Below are positions 25,461-38,852 of a stretch of 64,000 bases of DNA, in pieces. Origin of the DNA: Rhynchobatus australiae (lineage: Eukaryota); the NCBI GenBank assembly GCA_034780895.1, contig JAUZTB010000098.1, positions 48,070,906 through 48,134,905 on the forward strand. Direction: 5' to 3'. Both the position numbers and the translations under genes were made by a program. How positions within the stretch are numbered: position 1 is the stretch's first letter; every line of letters begins with the position of its first letter. Under the pieces are notes generated by a model. It saw nothing but the letters and a program-made list of their open reading frames with translations, did no database searches and was not told where the DNA came from.

Positions 25461-27479
25461 GATATATAGAATCATATAGCATGGAAACAGACCCTTCAGC
25501 CCAACTCATCCATGCCGACCAGGTTGTCTACTTGAGCTCATCCCAATTCCCCACACTTGGCCAATATCCCTATAAACCTTTCTTATTTGCATATGACTCT
25601 ATTAAAGGCATACAATGTTGTTGCAGACTTCCATATCACCATCCTTGGCATGCACCGAGTCATAAGCAATNNNNNNNNNNNNNNNNNNNNNNNNNNNNNN
25701 NNNNNNNNNNNNNNNNNNNNNNNNNNNNNNNNNNNNNNNNNNNNNNNNNNNNNNNNNNNNNNNNNNNNNNATGTGGATCTGTGGAGATCTGAAGTTGGAA
25801 ACCAAGGTAATGTACCTGCACGTGAAAGTGATTGGCTGACTAGCGACGTGGCAATTTTGCCTCCAGTCCTTTCAGTGCGCAGTCCGCATTCGACTTGCAG
25901 ATTACTTTACAACTCATCTGCCTCCCAAAATGGTAAAGTAATCCAGAGCTCCATTATAAATGGTTCATGAGCACGAAAGAATTTTACTGATGCTATGAAA
26001 TGTTATGCTTACCATCTCTAGTGAGTCCTGCTGGATATAAAAACCCCATATTAAGTAAGTGGAAAAGACCTGCAGCAAGTACAAAAATATTTCCCTGCAG
26101 CCACTGTTCCTATATATTCAGGGTTTTGTCAAAGGGCCATCAGTCATTTACAAAGAGAAGCAAACGTGTTGTATACTTATACTGACATAATTTCAGAAGG
26201 AAGGGCATTGTCAGTGTGAAGACAGGACTTTATCTCCTTAAGGATCAGGCTGCAGTCACTCCTGCCATTGGATTGATGTGGCAAAAGCCAAACTAAGTTA
26301 TTCCTTATGCTCTTTCTCTCTACCTGTGGTAGTCCCAGATTGGCAGGTACCTCCTTCCGGACTTGGTCAGCTTGATCATCAGGAGTTCTACTTGTAATGT
26401 AGGTATTCACACACACACTGTTGGCAATGCACGTACTGTTGAAAATCATGGAGATACCCAAGAGCTTTTAGAGCATGTGCTTCTGGTTTATTCAGTTCTC
26501 CAGCTACACTGTCCATGTATATATATGTTGTACATCAGTCATACACAAAAGGAATAGTGATTCACATTATTTAGATTTTTTGTTTGAGGTTTTTCTGATT
26601 TTTAAAAAAAATTCCTTTAAAGAAACTGGCCACCTCCTTACACCACACTCTTTCCCCCTCGATTACACAATTCAAAGCTTTAATGGAAGCAAGCACATTG
26701 GGTGGAGGAAGTATTTGCCCATCAAAAAGAAATACCCATAACTTCAACAGTATCTAAGTTATTCAACTCGTAAGGATGTATCAGACTAATCCTGTGCTAA
26801 GTGTTGGGAAAAAAAAAAATCAACATGTTATCTGGTCCTCATCCTCACAAACAAAGGCAAATGAAGCCTATTTTCTAATTCCGGTGAATGTATCACCATT
26901 CAAACAAAGCATTTTTGGTTCTGGTGCTTTATTCATTTGATTATTTCTTGCTAGTTTCAATACACAAACATAAACTACTACCAGATTTAGCTGAGGACAA
27001 CATATTTACAAACTGAAATGGAAAAGGCTCCAATACGCAGTGTTATCCATTTACATGGAAGTTGGATTGTTCCTCTAAGTGTGAGATGGATGATCCCCAT
27101 GAATCTAAGATCAATCCAAGTATTGCAAACGTATCAATGGGCAATGTGTCTCGTTAAACAGTGGATCAAGTCTGACTGAGCCAATTGATTTTTTTTCCCT
27201 TAAAAGATCACTAGCTTAGTGGACAGAAGATATTCAATAAGGTTCTGAGCAAGAGAATATTAGCAGAGTAAGATTGATTGAAACTGGTGTCAATTTTAAT
27301 TTTATTGCCCTGTTGCAATTAATCAGGATTTGTGTTTAAAGTCATCAGAACAAATTTATTTTCTGAAACAAGGTGATATTAACTGGCACCAAATAATCAA
27401 CCATTGCCACCACTTTACAAGATATTTCTTGATCTTTCTTTTGATCTATCATTCTGAAAATAACCTTGAAATCAGTTTT

Positions 27480-27837
27480 TATTTATTCATTCATTATTCT
27501 GGAGCTGGCAAGGACAACATTTACCACCCATCCCCAACTGAGAGGCCTCCATGGGCATTTCATTGGCCATGCAGGGAGTCTAGAGTCATATACAGACCAG
27601 GCCTGAGAAGGACAGCACATTTCCTCTTGAAGTACATTATTGAACCAGATGGGTTTCTATAAGAACCTTAGGTATTCACAATCATCATCACCAACACTAG
27701 GTCTTGTTTTTCCAAGTTCCAGATTAACAACTGAATTTAAATGCAGAGGTTTGGTGATGGGATTTGAACTTGGGTATCTCGATTATTGGACTAGACTTAT
27801 GGATTACTGGTCCAGTTATGTAACTGCTGCTCCACCA
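27480..27837 (-). mobile_element. tRNA-derived MetaSINE-type element
   Basis: Minus strand reads ggtggagcag...agttcaaatcccatcac...aacccatctggttcaataatgtacttcaagagg, resembling the recalled Meta domain; a sister copy lies at 55795-56135. Confidence 0.55.
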
Positions 27838-27894
27838 TGATCACCTAACTAAATACAATACTAAGAAATGAAAAAATTAATTGATTGTACATAC

Positions 27895-27960
27895 CCTGTA
27901 TTTTCTCTGGACTAGCTGAGAACACCAGCTCAATCTTCCCATACTCAGGAAACCTATCAT
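27895..27960 (-). CDS. TNS3: TNS3 exon, end of C2 domain ([22 protein letters not shown]), 66 nt, phase 1/1
   Basis: ctag|ATGATAGG...ATACAGG|gtatgt; the true pyrimidine tract is seen across the gap, beyond 28087. Confidence 0.93.
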
Positions 27961-28204
27961 CTAGNNNNNNNNNNNNNNNNNNNNNNNNNNNNNNNNNNNN
28001 NNNNNNNNNNNNNNNNNNNNNNNNNNNNNNNNNNNNNNNNNNNNNNNNNNNNNNNNNNNNNNNNTACTCAGGAAACCTATCATCTAGAATAAAAGGAACA
28101 GAGAAATAAGTGACCAGAAACTTCTATTGTTTGCATTCAGATGAACTATTCTATTTTAGTCTATTTAACATTCATTATTCAAAATCTTTTTCTCATGATA
28201 GGAT

Positions 28205-28505
28205 TATCAAAAATAAGAGGGCAAATGTTTACGGTGAGGTGAAGGAGGCTTAAAAGGGATCTGAGGGGTAAGTTTTTGTTTTACACTGAGAGTGGGTGAT
28301 ATCGAGAGCTCACTGCCAGAGGAGGTTGTGGAATCAAATACAATTAATAAAATTACAAGGCATTTAAACAGATACTTAAATAGGCAAGGCAGAGAAGGAT
28401 ACGGTCCTAATGCAAACAAAGGAAATTAGTGTAAATGGGCAAAAAGGTCAGCACGGATGCAGTGGCCTGAAGGGCCATTTCTGTGCTGTACAACTCTTTC
28501 ACTCC
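28205..28505 (+). mobile_element. CR1 3' end fragment
   Basis: aaaataagagggcaaatgttt...ggcctgaagggccatttctgtgctgta tail. Confidence 0.7.
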
Positions 28506-29192
28506 ATGGCAAAAATCAAAATTTGCATCTTTAGGAAAAAGGTAAATCATGAACTGAACACAAAAATTATGTTTGTGAATATGTCAAAGCCATCATATTT
28601 AAAGCAAATTGTTGTTGTTATCTTGTGGTCTTTGACCAGAAGTAGACATAAAAGATGAGAATCGCCGATTTTAGAGTATGGCAAACATAGCTGCAAATTA
28701 TCTTGAATGTGTGGCTTTTTTAAAAACCTTAGGATTAGTGTTTTTCCCAATGATTCGTATTGAGAAAAATAAGTATCTTTAAAAACTTTGCATTGAGAAA
28801 GATAAGTATCCTTAAACTTTAAGATGAGAAGTTTTAAGGAAATGTACAGAATATATGATTTTCCCCCATCATTTTGATTCCTACAAATTATATCACTCTT
28901 GTGCCGTGAAAGCAAGGAAGAAAAAAAACTATCAACACTTGAATGTTTAGCAGAATTACATGTTTATATTCCAATCATCTATAAATAGCAGGCAAAACCA
29001 TGAGTCTTGCAAATGAATCATGAATCTTCGCATCAGGGTATATAACACTGGCAATCAAGGGTGATGGCCTTCAATTCTCCTCTCTGGGAAAGTTTGTAGA
29101 GAAAGAAAAAGCCTGAAGTTCACCACTGTTTGACTTTTTAATCTGTATTTCATTCAGTTATAATGATAACAGTAGATATTCTATCACCTCAC

Positions 29193-29322
29193 CTTTGTTG
29201 GCATTGTCAAGGTCCTCCTTTCCAAACACAAACCCAAAACCCTGAATGGAGCCGGTGTGAAACTGAAGCCGGAATATGACATCTCTTGTTGCTGAACGGT
29301 ACTTCTTGTGGTAGCACTTAAC
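29193..29322 (-). CDS. TNS3: TNS3 exon, C2 domain ([43 protein letters not shown]), 130 nt, phase 0/1
   Basis: ttacag|GTTAAGTGC...AACAAAG|gtgagg. Confidence 0.95.
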
Positions 29323-29739
29323 CTGTAACCAATTAATTTAGCAGCAGTGAATAAGTAATACCACTGTAAAAAAAAATCAGTTTAAAATACAAATATAATG
29401 CTCACATTCCTATAGGAGATGCAAACATCATCAAAAAGCTATTGGATGCATTTAGCTGATCTCAAAATTATCACCTTATTGACTCCCTAAGTGTGAACTT
29501 CTCCCACAGATACACATTCTGCACAGTTACCACCCAATGCAACATTATTACATCTAGATTGTTCCAAATTTCATCTTCAGAGGTTCAGTCAATGTCAGAT
29601 TGTAGATATTCACAGAGCTCGATTTCTATAGGATAACATCTTTATATCTGCTTTGTGCTCCCATATAAAGATAATTTACTCTGTGCTTCCATATAAAGAT
29701 TACCCACTTCTATCCCCAAGTATCCCTCCACATCTCCCT

Positions 29740-31880
29740 CAGGATGATTTGAGAGCCCTCTGCTTCTTCACTGGACATAGGCCTAACAGTTCCCCTCCAC
29801 CAACACACTCATTTGCCTGGATGCATTAGTTCACACATTGAAAATTCCTTCAACTCCACTCACTTTACCCAGTTGAAAGCTGCAGGAGCATGCGTAGGTC
29901 TAAGCCATGCCTGTCTTTTTGTGGGTATCCTTCTTTTACTCCTAATGTGGATCCCTCCCTCAATTCACTTTCAGACACATTGACAACTCTATTGATACAG
30001 CTTCCTGCACTCATACAATACTCAAAAACTTGTTATTTTTGCTGCCAATTTGCAACATGCTCTCACCTTTACATGGTCCATCTCTGAATCTTCCCTTCCC
30101 TTTGTAGCAACAAACATCCATTGCAAGTCCATGGATTCCCACAACTATCCCATCTTGACTATGCTTAACTTTCCATACTGTCAATAGATAGAATCCATTC
30201 TATTATCCTAGTTCCTACATTTCCATGGAATCTACTCTAATGATGAAACTTGCCACACAGGTGTCTCTGAGATCTTCTCCCTTTTTCCTTACCTTGACTT
30301 CCCCGCTGCCATAGTTACCAGAGCCCGTGACTCTGTCTCATCAAGTTTGTGCACCTCTGTTCTTACCCCTCTCCTTTGGCCAAAGGAAGAACAGGGTTCC
30401 AATAGTGCTCACCTTCTACTCCACCATGAGTTCAACAAATCATCCTCAGCAATTCCAATCACCTTCAATGAGATTCATTACCAAAAAACCTGCCCTTTCT
30501 CTCCCCTTTCAGCACTCTGAAGGGATTATCTGTTTTGCAGCTCCCTGGTTCATTCTTCTATCTCTGCCAATCACTCCCCAGCTTATGGCCCTTTCCCACG
30601 CAACTACAGGAAACGCAACACGGGAGCTTTCTATAAATTCGCTGGTGACACCACTGTTGTTGGTAGAATCTCAGGCGGTGACGAAGAGGTGTACAGGAGT
30701 GAGATAGATTGGCTGGTTGAGTGGTGTTGCAACAACAAGCTCGTCCTCAACATCAGCAAGACCAAGGAATTGATGTGGACTTCGGGAAGGGAAAGTCAGG
30801 AGAACACACACCGGTCCTCATTAAGCATCAGCGGTGGAAATGGTGAGCAGCTTCCAGTTCCTTGGCGTCAACATCTCGGATAATCTACCCTGGGCCCAAT
30901 ATATTGATGAAATCACAAAGAAGGCATACCAGCAGCTCCACTTCATTAGGAGTTTGAGGAGATTTGGTATGCCACTAAAGACTTTTACAAATTTCTGAAG
31001 ATGTATGGTGGAGAGCATTCTGACTGGTTGTATCACAGCATGGTACGGTGGCTCTAATGCACAGGATCGCAAGAGGCTGCATCGGGTTGTAGACTCAGCC
31101 AGCTCCATCACGGGCACAACCCCCCACCCTACCATTGAGGACATCTTCAAGAAACGATGCCTCAAGAAGGCCACATCCATTACCAAGAACCCTCACCATC
31201 TGGGACATGCCCTCTTCTCGTTACTATTATTGGGGAGGTGGTACAGGAGCCTGAAGACCCACACTCAGTGATTCAGAAACAGCTTCTTCCCCTTTGCCAT
31301 CAGATTTCTGAAAGGTCCATGAAACCATGAACACTACATTGTTATTTTATTTTTTAAATGTCTTCGCACTGTATTGCTGTCGCAAAATGACAAGTTTCAC
31401 TTCATATAAGTCAATGATAATAAATCTGATTCTGATTCACCTTTTCCCTTCTCATCATCCAGAGAACCAAACAGTCTTTCCAAGTGATACAGAGATTCAG
31501 TTGCACTTCTTCCAATTTGGTGTACTGCATTCAGTGCTCATGTGTTGGAGATACGACAAGCAGATTTGATGACTGCTTTGCAGGGTACCTCAGTTCAATT
31601 CGTACAGATGGCCCAGAGCTTCCAGTTGCCGGTCACTTTAATTCTACATCTCACCATCATTCTGATCTGTCTGTTTGAGAGCTTCTGTGTTGTTCTAACG
31701 AGGTCCAACGTAAGGTTGAGGAACAGCACTTCATTTTCTGCCTGGGCAAGTTGCAATTCTCAGGACTTAATCTTGAATTCAACAAAATCAAGTAATTCAC
31801 TCTTTCTTTTCGTGTCAGAACTGGCCAGTTCTGTTGTGAAGTTATCAGTCTAAATATTAACACAGGCCACAGACAATGCC
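29740..31880 (+). mobile_element. Decayed Penelope-like element (RT + GIY-YIG), interrupted by a Rex1 LINE
   Basis: RT remnants (SKPCLSFCGY resembling PSYACLFVGY; RVPIVLTF) before 30620; QRFSCTSSNLVYCIQCS...PVAGHFNS GIY-YIG region after 31440. Confidence 0.75.
30621..31438 (+). mobile_element. Rex1/Babar-type LINE 3' portion nested in Penelope
   Basis: KFAGDTTVVG (YADD-like), YRSEIDWLVEWCCNNKLVLNISKTKEL, VESILTGCITAWYG; ends ataaatctgattctgattc. Confidence 0.85.
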
Positions 31881-33689
31881 TGGGCATTTCCAGCATTCTC
31901 CTTTTGATTTTGGGTTCAAGAACAGCTCTGACCTGTATTTCACAGCAGTAACATTCCCTTTGTTTGTTTTCCTTCTAACTTCCTTCATTAATGTATCAAG
32001 CAGATAACCCTGTAAACACTGGCTTCACCCATCACAGATATTCTCTTGTCCTATGCATCCACATCTCACATCTGCCCTCCCTACAAATTAANNNNNNNNN
32101 NTTTCATTTGATAAAGAACTGCTTAAACTGAAAATCTAAAAATATTAAATCTTTTCTGATCTGAAATATTAACCTTGTCTTTCCACAGGAGAGAGAAATG
32201 CTTAGGGTGGAAACCTCCCTTCACCAATTCCGCTGATAATTTTGACAAGTCACACACACTTTTTTTTGAAACATAGGACTGTCTCTTCTCAGTAACCTCA
32301 TATTTTAACTTTTAATTTTAAAGCTTAAACTATTGGACAGAAGAAACGGAAGGAATTTTTCCTTGCTGATGTGATTGATGTGACACATTCCTGATGGTGT
32401 GTTCTTACATTCAAATGAACTCTTTAACCTCAGGCATTGGGTAGGACAAGTACAGGTCCAAAGTGACTCACAGAGTTCAACAGAGCTGTTCAATCAAACC
32501 AGCATCAACCTTTCAGTGTGAATTATAAAGAAAGGAATGAAAGAAATAAAGCATACTTCATCATTTGCAGAGTACATCCATCCTTTCTCCTCCTGCGGAT
32601 CATCATTTATTACCTGAACATAAACTATTATCTGATTCTACCAATATACTGACAAACTTAATCCAGTCAGAGAGCTTAAGACTTCTACAAGTTTCAACTG
32701 TTGCCAATGCATGTCAGTATCTGCCTTTTTTTCCAAAAAAGTAAGGTCATGATTTTTAAAAGCCTCTGATAAAAATTTACCCCGAACCTTAAAACAAAAT
32801 CTTAAATCACTCTTGTAATCAAGTCCTGAAATAGTTGATTCATTAACCTTACTGAATCATAAAGTATTCCACACTGATGATTCTCCAGAATGTTCACATT
32901 TCATCTAAACGTCACCAAGTATGAGGTCACAGACAACAACAGAGATTTCTTTGTGCCTGAAGCAACAGATTCACTGGCTTTGTTGTAAGTTAAAGCCAAC
33001 TCGTCATGTTTAATCAGTCAGTAATTCTAACATTACAAGCAACTCAGATACCAGGTATTTGGTGCCTATCCTGCCATTTTCATTATCTCCATGCTCTAGT
33101 GAAATAGTGAAAATGTTGCAACTCATCGCTGTGAATCGAGAAATATTGTGACTGTTCAGACTATGAAGATAAATCTGTGTTTGCGCCTCTAAAACAAATG
33201 CCAAAATCATCTGTAGAAATTCCAAAAAAGCCTTGTATAACTTAATGAAACCACACTTTCAGAAATCTCATCCTAATTGGAAACAGGGAGGAATGATGAC
33301 ATTTCCTCCAATAACTTCACATAAATAGAAACACAAATTAAAGCTTACATTTAATTATCCTATTTATACATGAACAGCAGGAGATGTAGTGGGATCTTCT
33401 GTAGCTGAGTACTTTAAACATTTTTCTAAATGGACCACTACACACCATGAAGCTCTGTTTAATTAGTTACAATACAATATGCAATGATAACAATTTTGAA
33501 TGTATTTTTTAAATGGTTTCATGCTGACTAAATAAAGGATGTTATCTAACATATTTTGTTTTTTGTTAAGATCCTCCAGGATGCAACTCTGAATTCCGGT
33601 AACATTTCACAAAATGAATAATTTTGTGCATTATTACTTTATGTATGTGGTCCAATTGATATCATTTACACATCCATGAGTGTAAATAC

Positions 33690-34580
33690 ACCATTTGGCC
33701 CCTCAAGCCTGTTCCACCATTTACAAGCTCATGGATGATCTGATTATACCGTCAACCCCAGATTCCTGCCTATCCACAGTAAACTTTCAGCGCTTGCTTA
33801 TCAAAAATCTATTTATCTCTACCTTAATATTCAAAGGCTCTACTTCCACTGTCCTTTGAGGAAGGAAGTTCCAATCTCCTGTGAGAAAAAAATAAAACGT
33901 GCTACCTCAAGTTTTCGATTCTCCCACAAGAGGAAATATCCTCTCCACAAACACTCCGTTAAGACCCCACAGGAACTAATATGTGTCAGTCAAGTCATCA
34001 TTCATTCTTCCAAACTCCAATAGATTCAAGTCTAGATTTTCCTCAAAAGACAACCTACCCACACCAGGTATAAATATAATAAAAATTCTCTGAACCATTT
34101 CCAACACATTAACACTCTTCCTTAAATAAGGAGATCAATATTGTACAAAGCATTCTAGATATGATCTCACCAGTATCGGTATAACTAAAACATAACCTCC
34201 CGACTTCTGTATTCACACTGGAAGTAAATGATAACATTCTGTTAGCTCTCATAATTACTTGCCGTGCCTTTTGCACATTATGCACAGGGTCACTCAGGTT
34301 CTCCTGCACTTCAGAGTTCTGCATTCTCTCACTATTTAGATAATATGGTTCCTTAGTTTNNNNNNNNNNNNNNNNNNNNNNNNNNNNNNNNNNNNNNNNN
34401 NNNNNNNNNNNNNNNNNNNNNNNNNNNNNNNNNNNNNNNNNNNNNNNNNNNNNNNNNNNCCTTAGTTTTCTTGCCAAATGGAAAATTTCTCATCATACTC
34501 AATTTGCCAGAACTCTGCCCATTCATTTGACTATCTATATTCCTTTGCAGCCTCTTTACGTTCTCTCTGCAACTTACTAG
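33690..34580 (-). mobile_element. Old CR1 3' fragment (contains a gap)
   Basis: KRLQRNID and RANRMLSF remnants; CR1 tail catttggcccctcaagcctgttccacca on the + strand. Confidence 0.65.
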
Positions 34581-34894
34581 AAGATTTAGTAACCATACTG
34601 TCGGTGCCTTCATGCAAGTCATTGACTGGTTGTCCCTAGGGTTTCACAGGGTTCCGTTCCCGTGAACTGGTTGTAACCCGAACAACTCACACGTCAGAAA
34701 TGTGACTGCAAACTGAATTCCCAGGGGGCGGAAGGTATCTGCTGCCCAGCAGCAAATCCATCCTGTCGGTTTCCAAAAATACTTGTTTGTGTGTGTAGGC
34801 TGTGCAGAAGTCGGATGTTCATCAGATGGGGAGGACCTGTATAAAAATTGTGAAAATTTGACACCCCAGCACCAATCCTTGTGGCAAAGCTCGA

Positions 34895-35570
34895 GAGGCT
34901 TGCACACAAAAACTGAGCTGCTACTCCAGTGCAAAACAGCAGGGAAGCTGCATTTCCACAGAGTGCTTCCAGTGACAAATCCCACTCAATGCCTCCCAAA
35001 CTCACAATGTTTACCACCAAGAAGGACAAGTGCAGGAGGCGCATGAGAACACCACCACCTGTAAATTTTCCTCAAGGCTGCACATCATACCTGTCTTGGA
35101 AAATACATTACCAGGTCCTTCATCATCTCTCAGTCAAATCCTGGAGCTCCCTACCCAACAGCACTATGGGTCTACTCTCCCCAGAAGAATTGCAGCAGTT
35201 CAAGAAGGTGGCTCACTAGTATCTTCTCAAGGACATGTAGAGATGGATGATCAATAAACATTGACGTTGCCAGTGATGATCAGAAATGAATAAAGGATAA
35301 AAAGGAAGCAATGTTAAGCTGAGGTCTTATTTGCTCTCCTGGGGGACAGGAAAGATTCCATGATACTATCCAGACAGCAGAGGATCTGGCCAATTTTCAT
35401 CCCCCAATGAACAAGAGAAAGGAACACTAAATTATTGTTATTACATTTTCATTTATGGAAGATTGCTGTGTACAAAATTGGCTACAGTGAATCTCACAAT
35501 GCTTCAGAAGTGCTCCATTGGTTGTGAAGTGCAATGAGGCAAACAGAAATAATTAATGCAAGCTTCTTTT
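34895..35570 (+). mobile_element. DeuSINE (SacSINE1-like) interrupted by a LINE 3' end (about 34975-35300)
   Basis: ctccagtgcaaaacagcagggaagctgca head; resumes atgttaagctgaggtc...aaagattccatgatactat...ctggccaatttt; the insert ends gcagcagttcaagaaggtggctcac...aataaa. Confidence 0.6.
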
Positions 35571-35789
35571 CTTCATCTCCCACTGTTTGATCTTGGAAGC
35601 TTCCTCAACTCTGACTTTGATAAAATTTGAAGTCCAAATTGCACATTAGCCTGGTCATTGTTACTTCTCATTGCAACATAACTACAACTCCTTCCCCCGC
35701 TCAATCCTTATCATTTAATAATCCCTTCAACATAGCTCTGCAGTCTCTTCCAGCATCAAGCTGCTCAAGCTTCTTAGTTTTCTAGAGTG

Positions 35790-36290
35790 GCACAGCACAG
35801 AAGTAGGCCTATCTGTCCACCATGTCTGTGCCGATCATCGTACCTATCTGTATTAATCACATGTGCCTGTATTAATTGCAACCCCCCTCAATACCTTGCT
35901 CATTCAAGTACCTGTCCAGATGCCTCTTAAATGCTGTTCCTCCACCACCTCCTCTCCGGCTCATTCCAGATACCATTTTGTGTGAAAAATTTACCCCTTA
36001 GATCCTGTTTAAACCTCGTTCCTCTCATCGGGAACTTATACCCTGAGAAGTCTTAGCTTCCAGCATGTGAAGCAGACTCTGGCTACCATGTGAAACCCCT
36101 ATCATGTGAAACATGCTCTGGCTATCTACCCAACCTATGCCTCCCTTAATGTCACCTCCCAGCCTCCTTTGCTCCAGGGAAAACAGACCCAGCCTATCAA
36201 ATCTCACCTGATAAATCAAGCCCTCCTTGTGAATCGTTTCTCTAGCTTAATCACATCCTTCCTGTGGTGTGGCAACCAGAACTGTGGACC
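35790..36290 (-). mobile_element. CR1 3' fragment
   Basis: QFWLPHHRKDVIKLEKR and RLGLFSLEQRRLGGD remnants. Confidence 0.75.
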
Positions 36291-37574
36291 TCTGCTCTGA
36301 CCTTCATTACTTCTTTGTAAAAGTAGTTTCTGGGTGAATGCATCAATTGAAAGGCTGATAATTATGGCTCNNNNNNNNNNNNNNNNNNNNNNNNNNNNNN
36401 NNNNNNNNNNNNNNNNNNNNNNNNNNNNNNNNNNNNNNNNNNNNNNNNNNNNNNNNNNNNNNNNNNNNNNGTAGTTTCTGGGTGAATTCATCAATTGAAA
36501 GGCTGATAATTATGGCTCGTCTCTGGATCCATCTATTAACACTGTTCTCTCTCCACAATGGTATCTCATCAATTGAGTACATCCAACATTCTGATTTATA
36601 ATTACAATGCACTTCAGCTTTCAGACCAGAACGCCATAAAAACTACTAATAACAAATAAACTGCATTCTTTCTAAAGTCTAAATTAAATATTTATATAGC
36701 ACCAAACTAACTTTAGCATTAGTTACATTGATCACTGTCGGTGGTATGAGATAGATAATAGCTTGGATCCCCACTTTGCACTGGATGGAGGCATCTTGCC
36801 AAAACACACAACCAAGGCAGCACTGATCCTTGTAAAACAAAACAAATGGGACACCACATTTCTAAATTTAGTAGACCCGACTCAAGTTTCAGGATGCTAC
36901 AGTCACAGCATAACCAGGACTGAAGCGAGCAGTAGATGATGAAGTGCTAAATCAGACAGCTGTTATTTCATCAATGCAAAGCTTGTATTTCAGAAGGTTC
37001 TAGAACATTGGTTCCCAGTCTGGAAAGTGCAAGCACATTATGGGGGTTGAGAGGCCAGAGATGACAGTACCAGTAAGGTGAGGCGTTTCTAATATTGAAA
37101 TAACTTCCTAAGATAATTCACACTGACAGTAAATGTAACTAGAAGTAGATTCCGCATGCTGGTTGTGAACAATCCCAGGAAATCCCCAGGACAGCCCCAA
37201 CTGCTAAAAAAGGGTGGCTTATGATGTTATCATGCATTTAAGGGATGGGGCATATTTTACCAAGTACGAGGGGAATGGAGAACTGGGAGAAGAATGGTAT
37301 GATATTGCTACACTGATGCTTGGCAACAGTGAAGGACTTGGGGGAGAATGGGGACAGCAATGGAGAAACACTGAGGGAGTAAGTTAAATGCAATCATCTG
37401 AGGTAAAATATGCACATAAGTTTGTTTTTTTTAAAAAAAAGTGGCCAGTAAAAGGAGATCAGAGGAAGGGAAAAAGTGGCAGGTCAATAATTAAGGCTAT
37501 CACCTTCTCTGTTAAACACATCATGAAAATGACTAAAGATACAGCATTCCACCAAAATAAATGGAAGAGATTGT

Positions 37575-38365
37575 AATGGCAGTGGATGCAAAGAAGCTTC
37601 AGAGAGATGTGGACAGGCTAAATAAATGGACAATTGCACGATGGGTGGAATATAATGTGGGAAAATGTGAGATCGTCCACTTTGGTAGAGAAAATAGAAA
37701 GCTGGAGTGTTTTTTTTAATAGTAAAAGATCAACTGGTATTGGTGTTGAGGGGGACTTGGGTGTCATGAGGAATTAACATGTAGATTCAACAGCCAATTC
37801 AAAGGGGAAACAGTATGTTGGCCTTGGTTGTAAGAGAATATGAGTACAGGAGTAGAAGCATTTTGCTCCAATTATATAGAGGTCTGGTGAAACTGCAACT
37901 GGAATATTGTGTGCAGGTGGGGGCTCGGTGCCTAAGGAAGAATGTGGGAGAGCAGAGAATGTTACCAGATTGATTCTCCATTTGTCCAACGAGGACCAAT
38001 TAAACAGGTTGGGCTTATACACTGAAGTTTAGGCTGATCTCACTGAAACAAACAAAATTCTTTTGAGGATTAACAAAATACGTGTGGAGTCAATGTTTCC
38101 CATAGACAGTGTGGCTACAAACAGGGGTCACAATCTATAAACTAGAGTTCAGCCATTCAGGACATTGACGAGAAATGATTCTTCACCTGGAAGATGATGA
38201 ATCTTTGGAATTCTCTGCAAAGGGCCGATGGAAGCTCCGCCACTGAGTATAGTCAAGACAGAGATCAACAATTTTTGGGCATTAAGGAAATCAATGAGTT
38301 TAGGGATAGTGCAGGAAAATAGACTTAAGTAAAAGATCAGCCACAATCTTACTGATTGATATAAC
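37575..38365 (+). mobile_element. Old CR1 3' fragment
   Basis: KLQRDVDRLNKW...KCEIVHFGR-like remnant and CR1 3' tail. Confidence 0.7.
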
Positions 38366-38454
38366 GGGCCAAATCAAGCAGATCAAGTAAGTCTCAGAAA
38401 ATTCATCCTGTTTTCCTCCCCAAAAATGTAATAAATTAAACATAAATTATACAA

Positions 38455-38582
38455 AGGAATCTTATGTTTTCCTTGTGAATGCTGCTTATATCATGCCATG
38501 TGCTGTGATGCTGCTGCAAGTAAGTTTTTCATTGCAGCTGTGCATACATGTACTTGTGCATGTGACAATAAACTCAACTTTG
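38455..38582 (+). mobile_element. Rex1-type LINE 3' UTR tip
   Basis: gtgatgctgctgcaagtaagtttttcattgca...gtgacaataaactc. Confidence 0.45.
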
Positions 38583-38642
38583 AGGTAATTTTTCCTTTAC
38601 TTTGGTAAGGCCACAATTGTTGTTGGGTCACAGTGAACTCAC

Positions 38643-38718
38643 CATTATATCACCTTTAAGAAGTTGCGCTGGCTCTATTGAAATGCATATTCTGCTCTGA
38701 TTTTCAGCTCCAACATTG
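38643..38718 (-). CDS. TNS3: TNS3 exon, C2 domain (NVGAENQSRICISIEPAQLLKGDIM), 76 nt, phase 2/0
   Basis: tttttttatag|CAATGTT...ATAATG|gtgagt; preceded by a short 134-nt intron. Confidence 0.94.
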
Positions 38719-38852
38719 CTATAAAAAAAGGAACATAATATGAAACACATTTTACTTCCATCCACCTCCCCTGCCTCCAAGTGAACAGAAGTATGAAAAA
38801 TGCAAAGTCAAATCTAGTCAAACCTGGTTTACATTATTAGAGTAAAACTTAC

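Noticed and set aside
28759-28820. Short tandem duplications (also about 29655-29702, 41629-41670 and the palindromic run at 2893-2920)
   Set aside because: Ordinary slippage duplications without functional signal.
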